Below are positions 1 to 6,774 of a stretch of DNA of 31,619 nt, one piece after another. A model generated the notes under the pieces. It ran no database searches, had not been told where the DNA came from, and was given only the letters and a program-made list of their open reading frames with translations. The translations under genes and the position numbers were made by a program. Source of the stretch: a virus (taxonomy: Duplodnaviria > Caudoviricetes); the IMG/VR virus record IMGVR_UViG_3300016265_000617, positions 1 to 31,619 of that record; one strand, given 5' to 3'. The number at the start of each line of letters is the position of its first letter. The first letter of the stretch is position 1.

Positions 1-1
1 G

Positions 2-445
2 ATCGCGGACAACAAGCTGGCGGAGAACGCCGGGTGGGATCTGGAGCTGCTGGCGCTGGAGCTGGAGGCGGTGGAGATCGACCCAGCGGTGCTGGGCTTT
101 GGCGAGGAGGATCTGGCGCGGCTGCAGGACGGCCTGGAGCTGGGGCAGTTCGAGCAGGCTGCGGCTGCCGGCGGCCCTGCTGGCCCTGGCGTGGAGCGAG
201 TGGAGCCCGAGGCGGGCCAGCCGGGGCTGGAGCTGGGTGATGGTGAGGATGATGGGCCGGAGGACGCGACCGAGGAGAGCGGCGAGGTGGTGGAGCGGCA
301 CGTGTTCAGCGTGAACCTGCGGTGGGATGACCGTGAGGTGGTGCTGGCAGCGGTGCGTGTGGCGAAGGAGCGGTGGGGCCTGGAGGGCACGCCGGAGGCG
401 TTGGTTCAGATCTGCAGGGAGTGGATGGATGGAGAGAGCGTTTGA
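2..445 (+). CDS. ParB N-terminal domain protein, C-terminal part (5' truncated by the window)
   Basis: The frame is open from base 2: IADNKLAENAGWDLELLALEL, the typical end of phage ParB-like domains, then an acidic linker and a short helical C-terminus. Confidence 0.8.
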   Translation: MADNKLAENAGWDLELLALELEAVEIDPAVLGFGEEDLARLQDGLELGQFEQAAAAGGPAGPGVERVEPEAGQPGLELGDGEDDGPEDATEESGEVVERHVFSVNLRWDDREVVLAAVRVAKERWGLEGTPEALVQICREWMDGESV

Positions 446-1151
446 GGGGCTGAAGCTGCGCAACGGGCTGATGCTGGAGCTGGATGGGATCCGGGTGTCT
501 GGCGTGAGGGCAGCGGGGCAGCTGCAGCTGCGGGATGCGGGCGCGACGCACTTCGTGTTCTGCCACGGCGGTGCGCTGTGGGTGGAGCCGGACGGGATGG
601 ATCGGTATCTGCTCGAGGAAGGGATGTATGCGGCGGTGCCGGGGAAGGTGCTGGTGGTGCCGGATGACCCTGACGATCTGGGGTGCGAGGGCGTGGTGAT
701 CAGCCAGGCGGGATGGCTGGGGATGTTCATGGTGGGCGGGCCGGTGGAGGCGACGGGCCGGCTGCGCTACATCGATGGGTGCACGGACACGCTGCTGGTG
801 CCGCCGGTGAAGCTGGGGGATCCGTGCCTGAATGCGCTGTGGTTCCCGGCGGGGACCGAGCAGACGATGCACACGCACCCGAGCGTGCGGATCGGGGTGG
901 TGATCAGGGGCCGGGGTGAGTGCGTGACGCCGGTGGAGCGTGCGCCGCTGCGGCCTGGGATGGTGTTCGTGATCCACGCCGATGGCGAGCACCGGTTCAG
1001 GACCGACGGGGACCAGGGGATGGTGGTGGTGGCGTGGCACCCGGACTCGGACTGGGGGCCGACGGATGAGCAGCACCCGATGCTGACGCGCACGATCATC
1101 GAGGGTGTGAGTGCGGCTGCAGCTGAGCGGGCGGAGTTTAGGACGCGATGA
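429..1151 (+). CDS. Cupin-fold (double-stranded beta-helix) putative metalloenzyme
   Basis: Cupin motifs QTMHTHPSVRIGVVIRGRGEC and PGMVFVIHADGEHRFRT. ATG 429 overlaps the end of the upstream gene and is preferred to the 327 start. Confidence 0.75.
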   Translation: MERAFEGLKLRNGLMLELDGIRVSGVRAAGQLQLRDAGATHFVFCHGGALWVEPDGMDRYLLEEGMYAAVPGKVLVVPDDPDDLGCEGVVISQAGWLGMFMVGGPVEATGRLRYIDGCTDTLLVPPVKLGDPCLNALWFPAGTEQTMHTHPSVRIGVVIRGRGECVTPVERAPLRPGMVFVIHADGEHRFRTDGDQGMVVVAWHPDSDWGPTDEQHPMLTRTIIEGVSAAAAERAEFRTR

Positions 1152-2320
1152 CGCTGCGACCGAAGCAGGTCGAGCAGGACGTGATGAGCGCAGCGCTGGA
1201 TCGGATCCGGCGGATCTACGACCTGGTGGATCGGGTGGTGGTGAGCTTCAGCGGCGGGAAGGACAGCACGGTGGTGCTGAACCTGGCGGCGATGGTGGCG
1301 AGGGAGCGTGGCCGGCTGCCGCTGGATGTGTATTTCGTGGATGAGGAGGCCTGCTACCCGGAGACGATCGAGTATGTGGAGCGGGTGCGGGGCCGTGATG
1401 ATGTGCGGCTGTGGTGGTGCTGCCTGCCGATCACGCATCGGAATGCGTGCGCGAGGACGCAGCCGTGGTGGAAGTGCTGGGACGAGGCAGAGCGTGGGCG
1501 ATGGGTGCGGCCGCTGCCGGCGGGTGCGGTGACGGTGAAGGACGTGCCGCGGTTCAGAGATGGGATGCAGCTGGATGACGTGGGCCCGTGCCTGTTCGGG
1601 CCAGAGCTGGGGATGGTGGCTGACCTGACGGGGATCAGGGCGCAGGAGAGCCCGCGGCGGCTGCAGACGGTGATCAGGAAAGAGCAGGACAACTACATCG
1701 CGGATCCGCGGATGGGGTACTTCGTGAACTGCAAGCCGATCTACGACTGGAAGGCGGAGGACGTGTGGGTGGCCGCGAGCCGCGAGGGGTGGGACTACAA
1801 CCGGGCCTACGACGTGCAGGCGCTGATGGGCACCACCGTGACGCAGCAGCGGGTGACGCCACCGTTCGGCGAGGAGCCGCTGGGCGGGCTGTGGAAGTAT
1901 CCCGAGGGATGGCCTGAGCTGTGGGAGCGGATGCTGCGGCGTGTGGACGGCGTGGGGACTGCGGGCCGGTACGCCAGGACGGACCTCTATGGGGCGGCGA
2001 TGAAGGAGCCGCCACCGGGGATGACGTGGCAGCAATGGGCCTGGAGCCTGCTGGAGCTGTACGAGCCGAGGGAGCGTGCGCAGATCGCGCGGGGGATCGC
2101 GCAGGTGATCAAGATGCACCGGAAGAAGACCCGGCGGCCGATCCACGAGACGCAGGACGACGTGATGAGCGGTCTGAGCTGGCGGTACATCTGCCAGATC
2201 GTGAGCCGAGGGGATCTGAAGAACCGGAAGAAGGGCCAGCTGACGCAGCGAGCGATCACGGCAGCGCAGCGCGCTGGGCTGACGTTCGCGCAGGTGAAGG
2301 CGCTGGAGGGGAAGCGGTGA
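1148..2320 (+). CDS. PAPS-reductase-family PP-loop protein, IbrA/YbdN (DUF3440)-like
   Basis: VVVSFSGGKDS PP-loop, FVDEEA, WCCLP..RNA, GIRAQESPRR, PIYDWKAEDVW, QRVTPPF and PELWERMLRRV. It lies next to an IbrB-like gene. Confidence 0.88.
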   Translation: MTLRPKQVEQDVMSAALDRIRRIYDLVDRVVVSFSGGKDSTVVLNLAAMVARERGRLPLDVYFVDEEACYPETIEYVERVRGRDDVRLWWCCLPITHRNACARTQPWWKCWDEAERGRWVRPLPAGAVTVKDVPRFRDGMQLDDVGPCLFGPELGMVADLTGIRAQESPRRLQTVIRKEQDNYIADPRMGYFVNCKPIYDWKAEDVWVAASREGWDYNRAYDVQALMGTTVTQQRVTPPFGEEPLGGLWKYPEGWPELWERMLRRVDGVGTAGRYARTDLYGAAMKEPPPGMTWQQWAWSLLELYEPRERAQIARGIAQVIKMHRKKTRRPIHETQDDVMSGLSWRYICQIVSRGDLKNRKKGQLTQRAITAAQRAGLTFAQVKALEGKR

Positions 2321-2377
2321 GCCGGCCCAACGTGCGCGGCCCTAAGAGTTTGCTAGGCTCGTGGCAGACGCTTCCCC

Positions 2378-2905
2378 GTGATGATGCTCAACACTGCAGA
2401 GGCTGCCTGGCTGGCGGGAATCATCGACGGCGAAGGCAGCATCGGGATCAGCAAGAACGGCAATGGCACCAGCTTGCGCGCGGCCGTTCAAATGAGCATG
2501 ACTTGTGAGAAAACCATCTTGCACGCCATAGGCCTATGCAAAAAGGCGGGCGTCGTTGCCTGCGGATACACCTATCAAGAAAAGAAGCCGGAGAAACATC
2601 GCGACGCTGCTTATCTTCGCGTGACACGTTTGCACGACATTCGCACACTAGGCCGGATCGTGGCGCCCTTCGCTGTCACGAAGTCGCGGCACTGGGAATT
2701 GATCCTTTCGTTTTGTGATCTGCGGCTTGAAGGCGTCAGGATTGAGGACGACGGAATGGTCACACGTGGCGGCAGCCGCAAATGGTGGAAGCCATACACC
2801 GAGAAAGAGTGGAACATTTACGATGAGATCAGGCAGCTCAACGCACGCGGCCCTCAAGCGCCAACCAGAAGATCATCCGATAGCTATGGTCCGCTGGCTG
2901 CCTAG
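2378..2905 (+). CDS. Single-motif LAGLIDADG homing endonuclease, free-standing
   Basis: N-terminal AWLAGIIDGEGSIGI, later PFAVTK and EIRQLN. Visibly more AT-rich than its flanks. The start could be 2378, 2381 or 2384. Confidence 0.85.
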   Translation: MMMLNTAEAAWLAGIIDGEGSIGISKNGNGTSLRAAVQMSMTCEKTILHAIGLCKKAGVVACGYTYQEKKPEKHRDAAYLRVTRLHDIRTLGRIVAPFAVTKSRHWELILSFCDLRLEGVRIEDDGMVTRGGSRKWWKPYTEKEWNIYDEIRQLNARGPQAPTRRSSDSYGPLAA

Positions 2906-3383
2906 GGAATTGCTTAAGCCCAATTTCTATAATCCCAATGTCGTGGCAGCGCCGGAGCTGGAGCTGCTGGTGGTGAGCATCCTCGAGGACGGGTGGACGC
3001 AGCCGATCGTGACCCTGCCCCAGGCGGAGGATGACAGTTACCAGATCGTGGACGGGTTCCACCGGTGGACGGTGGCAGCGGATCCGAGGGTGGCGGCGCT
3101 GACGGGCGGCCAGGTGCCGACGGTGCAGGTGGGCCTCGACCCGGTGCACCGGATGATGAGCACGATCCGGCACAACCGGGCCCGTGGCACGCACGCGGTG
3201 GTGAAGATGGCGGAGATCGTGCGGCGGATGACGGATGAAGGAGTGCCGCAGAAGCAGATCCAGAAGCGGCTGGGGATGGAGGCCGAGGAGGTGGTGCGGC
3301 TGGTGAACCGTGCTGGGATGCCGAGCCAGGTACGTAAGGTGGCGCCAGGATTCAACAAGGCCTGGGTGCCCGGGAGGGGATGA
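2823..3383 (+). CDS. ParB/Srx-like nuclease-domain protein, IbrB/YbdM-like (start uncertain: 2823 or 2886)
   Basis: HPIAMVRW..LKPNFYNPN.VAAPELELL..SILEDGWTQPIV, YQIVDGFHRW, STIRHNRARGTH, then an HTH-like IQKRLGMEAEEVVRL. Confidence 0.88.
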   Translation: MRSGSSTHAALKRQPEDHPIAMVRWLPRELLKPNFYNPNVVAAPELELLVVSILEDGWTQPIVTLPQAEDDSYQIVDGFHRWTVAADPRVAALTGGQVPTVQVGLDPVHRMMSTIRHNRARGTHAVVKMAEIVRRMTDEGVPQKQIQKRLGMEAEEVVRLVNRAGMPSQVRKVAPGFNKAWVPGRG

Positions 3384-3769
3384 GCGCAAGAGCCCCGCTG
3401 CTGGAGCTGACCTGGGCAGGCTTCGATGCGGCGGTGGATGTGATCGCGGCGCAGTGCAGTTGGCGTGATCGCGCAGGCGTGCACGCAGCGAGCTCCGATG
3501 GTGTGGTGCTGGCGATGGCGCTGGCCGACCGGCTGGGGCTGAACGTGTTGGAGCTGCCCGGGCCTGGGATGCTGCTGGTGGATGCGGTGAGCAGCGCCGC
3601 ACTGGTGGAGAAGGCCGCGGCCTGGAGTGATGTCGAGGCGTGGGTGTGGGTGGACTGCAGCAGCGCGGGCCAGTGGCCGAGCGTGATGAAGGCGATGGGC
3701 CGCGCTTGCCTAGTGTTCCCATGGCAGCGCAGTTGCCGCCGTGAGTTCGTGCCCGGCTTCGATGATTGA
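3380..3769 (+). CDS. Degenerate type I phosphoribosyltransferase-like protein
   Basis: LTWAGFDAAVDVIA, GVVLAMALADRLGL, MLLVD and LVFPWQ follow the outline of xanthine-guanine PRTases. The PRGG and DD..DSG motifs are altered. Confidence 0.5.
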   Translation: MSARAPLLELTWAGFDAAVDVIAAQCSWRDRAGVHAASSDGVVLAMALADRLGLNVLELPGPGMLLVDAVSSAALVEKAAAWSDVEAWVWVDCSSAGQWPSVMKAMGRACLVFPWQRSCRREFVPGFDD

Positions 3770-4046
3770 GGTTGCGAGGATCACCTACGGCTGCGTGTGG
3801 GATGAGCGGGGGCATGTGAAGGCCTGGCCGATGCGGATCAGCTTTGGCGCCCAGGGCCCGGAGGTGACGGTGGACCAGATGCTGGAAGGCCGCGGCCACG
3901 CGGTGATGCTGATCGCCCAGCTGGCGGAGCTGGTGAGCTCGATCACGTCGAAGGAGACGCCGATCCGGCTGGGGATGGGGCGACCGCCGGGCCTGGCGCA
4001 CAAGCTGATGGAGCGTGGGTTCTTCGTTGAGCTGCTGCAGGACTGA
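3762..4046 (+). CDS. Hypothetical protein, 94 aa
   Basis: ATG 3762 overlaps the upstream gene end, and its TGA overlaps the terS ATG (TGATG). Codon usage is typical of the region. Confidence 0.7.
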   Translation: MIEVARITYGCVWDERGHVKAWPMRISFGAQGPEVTVDQMLEGRGHAVMLIAQLAELVSSITSKETPIRLGMGRPPGLAHKLMERGFFVELLQD

Positions 4047-4624
4047 TGGGGATCACACCGGCGGCCTATGCGAAGCGCCGCGGCGTGAGCGACCGGGCGG
4101 TGCGGAAGGCGATCGACTCCGGCCGGCTGTCGCGGAGCATCACGAAGAACGGGAACCGATGGCTGATCGAGCCAGAGATTGCGGACCTGGAGTGGGACCG
4201 GAACACGGCGCCGCAGAAGGTGCGCAGCGCGGCGGCGATCAACAGTGGCAAGGCGCGAGCACGTGGGGAGGACGTGCCGGAGCCAGAGCCGGAGGCGCCG
4301 CCGGCAATGCCTGGAGCTGGCCGTGGTGCGGCGACCTACAGCCAGGCGAAGGCTGCGGCCGAGGGTTACCGGGCGATGCTGCTCAAGCTCGACTACGAGG
4401 AGAAGTCGGGCGCGCTGGTGAGGAAGGCGGAGGTGGAGCGCAGACTGGCGGAGGTGGCGAAGGAGGTGAAGGACGCGGTGCTGCGGACGGGGATGCAGAT
4501 GATCGGCGAGATCGCCAAGGCTGCGGGCGGGTTGACGACTGAGCAGCGGCAGGAGGTGCTGCTGGTGATCGAGCGGCACCAGAACAAGGCACTGGAGACG
4601 CTGGGCAATGCTGGCCTCCGCTGA
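4046..4624 (+). CDS. terS: Terminase small subunit (Nu1-like)
   Basis: N-terminal HTH (AAYAKRRGVSDRAVRKAIDSGRL) and AKAAAEGYRAMLLKLDYEEKSGALV coiled coil, directly upstream of terL. Confidence 0.8.
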   Translation: MGITPAAYAKRRGVSDRAVRKAIDSGRLSRSITKNGNRWLIEPEIADLEWDRNTAPQKVRSAAAINSGKARARGEDVPEPEPEAPPAMPGAGRGAATYSQAKAAAEGYRAMLLKLDYEEKSGALVRKAEVERRLAEVAKEVKDAVLRTGMQMIGEIAKAAGGLTTEQRQEVLLVIERHQNKALETLGNAGLR

Positions 4625-6539
4625 GGATTGCTTCCAGGCGTTCTGGCGGGCGCTGCTGCCGGACCCGCTGCTGACGGTGAGCGAGTGGGCGGACCAGCGG
4701 CGGGTGCTGAGCCAGAAGGCTTCGAGTGAGCACGGCCCGTGGCGCACCAGCCGGACGCCGTACCTGCGGAAGCCGATGGACGACCTGAGCGCGACCAGCA
4801 AGGTGCAAGAGGTGGTGCTGGTGTTCGCCGCTCAGTCCGGCAAGTCCGAAATGCTCAACTGCTGGATGGGCTACGCGATGGACATCCAGCCGGCGCCGAC
4901 GCTGTTCGTGCAGCCGACGATTGACCTGGCGAAGCGCTACAGCCGGATGCGGATTGCGCCGATGATCGAAGCGACGCCGAGCCTGCAGCAGAAGGTGGCG
5001 CCGGCCCGCGAGCGGGACAGCGGCAACACCATGCTGATGAAGGAGTTCGCGGGGGGCTTCCTGATCCTGGGTGGCGCCAACGCGGCGAGCGGCCTGGCGT
5101 CGATGCCGATCCGCTTCCTGGCGGGCGATGAGATCGACCGCTGGCCGGCGGACGTGGATGAGGAAGGGAGCCCGCTGGCGATCGTGGAGGCCCGCACCAG
5201 GACGTTCGGCAGCCGTGCGAAGAAGGCCTGGACGAGCACACCGACGATCGCGGGTCGGAGCGCGATCTGGAACAAGTGGGAGGACAGCAACCAGCAGCGG
5301 CTGCTGCTCCCCTGCCCCCACTGCGGGCACCGGCAGATCCTGGCGTGGGACCGGATCCGGTACGACCCGAAGGATCCGGGGCTGCCGAACACGCTGCACC
5401 AGCCGCCGGTGCTGATCTGTGAGGAGTGCGGCGTGGGGATCGAGGAGGACACGAAGGCCTGGTGGTATGACCCGGATGTGTTCCAGGACGACTGGTGGGA
5501 GGCGGGCTTCCCTGAGCGGATCGTGCAGGGCTACCACCTCAACGGCCTCTACTCGCCACTGGGCTGGTTCAGCTGGACCGATGCGGCGGTGGGCTACGAG
5601 AAAGCGAAGGACACCCCCGCCGACCTGAAGCCGTGGACCAACACGGTGCTGGCGGAGTGCTGGAACGACGACGGTGAGGCGCCGGATTGGGAGGCGCTCT
5701 ACAACCGGCGCGAGGCGTATGAGCTGGGCACGGTGCCCAACCAGGTGGTGTTCATCACCTGCGGGGTGGACGTGCAGAAGGACCGCCTGGAGCTGGAGGT
5801 GGTGGGCTGGGGCCCTGGGATGGAGAGCTGGAGCCTGGACTACCAGGTGCTGGCGGGTGACACGGCCGAGCCGGCGGTGTGGCGTGAGCTGACGAAGTTC
5901 GTGCGGAGCGAGTTCGGCCGCGGCGATGGCCAGCGGCTGCCGATCAGAATGACGGCGATCGACTCGGGCTTCAGGACCGAGGAGGTGAAGCGGTGGGTGC
6001 GGAAGCAGCCGGGCAACCGGGTGATCGCCATCAAGGGCGTCGAGAGCCAGGTGAGCGTGATCGGCACGCCGAGCCGGGTGGAGGTGCTGCGAAACGGGAA
6101 GGCACTGCGGGGTGGTGTGAAGCTGTGGCCGGTGGGCACCAGCACGGCGAAGGGTGAGCTCTACGGCTGGCTGCGGCGCCGGCTGCCGGAGGACGAGGCC
6201 GAGGGCCTGCCGCATGGCTGGTGCCACTTCCCGATGCACGGCGAGGAGTATTTCCGGCAGCTGTGCGCCGAGCGGCTGACCAACACGATCGACCGGCGGG
6301 GTTACACCAAGTTCGAGTGGATCAAGACGAGGCCTCGCAACGAGGCGCTGGACTGCCGGATCTACGCCCGCGCGGCCGCGGCCCTGGTAGGTGCGGACCG
6401 GTGGAGCGATGACCGGTGGGCTGAGGAGCGGCTGAACGGGATCGAGCCGACGCAGTTGACGCCATCACCGGCGAAGGCGGCGGTGGTGGATGATGACGCG
6501 GCACCAGCGCCGCGGGCCAGATCGAGTTTCTGGGACTGA
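4608..6539 (+). CDS. terL: Terminase large subunit, lambda GpA family
   Basis: TVSEWAD, RTPYLR, Walker A AAQSGKSE, Walker B FLAGDEID, STPT, CPHCG, GVDVQ, AIDSG and RNEALDC. Confidence 0.97.
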   Translation: MLASAEDCFQAFWRALLPDPLLTVSEWADQRRVLSQKASSEHGPWRTSRTPYLRKPMDDLSATSKVQEVVLVFAAQSGKSEMLNCWMGYAMDIQPAPTLFVQPTIDLAKRYSRMRIAPMIEATPSLQQKVAPARERDSGNTMLMKEFAGGFLILGGANAASGLASMPIRFLAGDEIDRWPADVDEEGSPLAIVEARTRTFGSRAKKAWTSTPTIAGRSAIWNKWEDSNQQRLLLPCPHCGHRQILAWDRIRYDPKDPGLPNTLHQPPVLICEECGVGIEEDTKAWWYDPDVFQDDWWEAGFPERIVQGYHLNGLYSPLGWFSWTDAAVGYEKAKDTPADLKPWTNTVLAECWNDDGEAPDWEALYNRREAYELGTVPNQVVFITCGVDVQKDRLELEVVGWGPGMESWSLDYQVLAGDTAEPAVWRELTKFVRSEFGRGDGQRLPIRMTAIDSGFRTEEVKRWVRKQPGNRVIAIKGVESQVSVIGTPSRVEVLRNGKALRGGVKLWPVGTSTAKGELYGWLRRRLPEDEAEGLPHGWCHFPMHGEEYFRQLCAERLTNTIDRRGYTKFEWIKTRPRNEALDCRIYARAAAALVGADRWSDDRWAEERLNGIEPTQLTPSPAKAAVVDDDAAPAPRARSSFWD

Positions 6540-6540
6540 G

Positions 6541-6559
6541 TAGCATGGCCGCGAGGAGG
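6541..6559 (+). promoter_or_regulatory. Putative -10 box (TAGCAT) plus RBS before gpW/portal
   Basis: One of five TANNNT-(6-11 nt)-AGGAG motifs at module starts. Confidence 0.45.
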
Positions 6560-6567
6560 TGGCCAAG

Positions 6568-6774
6568 ATGAGCACGTTCACGCAGGCGCATCTGACCGCC
6601 ATCGAGGAAGCCATTGCCGGCGGATACCTGGAGGTCAGGTATGACGACAAGGTGGTGAAGTACCAGAGCATGGGCGACCTGCTGAAGGCGCGGCAGCTGA
6701 TCGCGTCGAAGCTGGCGCCGCAGCCTGGCGCGATGCGACTGACCTTCATCACCACCGCCAGGGACTACGAATGA
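6568..6774 (+). CDS. gpW: Head-to-tail joining protein, gpW-like
   Basis: LTAIEEAIAGG..EVRYDDKVVKYQSMGDLLKA between terL and portal. AGGAGG lies 8 nt before ATG 6568. Confidence 0.85.
   Translation: MSTFTQAHLTAIEEAIAGGYLEVRYDDKVVKYQSMGDLLKARQLIASKLAPQPGAMRLTFITTARDYE

Noticed and set aside
327-428. Longer N-termini given by the ORF track (327, 2715, 3741, 11034, 13438, 14277, 26488, 28642)
   Set aside because: They overlap upstream genes extensively; downstream starts with stop/start coupling or an RBS fit better.
1148-2320. Assimilatory CysH (auxiliary sulfur metabolism gene)
   Set aside because: It is longer than CysH, lacks the C-terminal ECGLH motif, and has IbrA/YbdN-type motifs with a ParB partner.
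2344-2905. Group I/II intron or intein around the LAGLIDADG ORF
   Set aside because: Only ~57 nt of non-coding flank, no convincing P7 pair or domain V, and no Cys/Ser start with His-Asn end in frame with a host protein.
2928-2933. Perfect TATAAT box
   Set aside because: It lies within the conserved F-Y-N codons of ibrB with no downstream start nearby; probably a by-product of AT-rich codons.
2823-3383. Plasmid-partition ParB
   Set aside because: No ParA or parS array in the window; the motifs (YNPN, STIRHNRARG) are IbrB-type.
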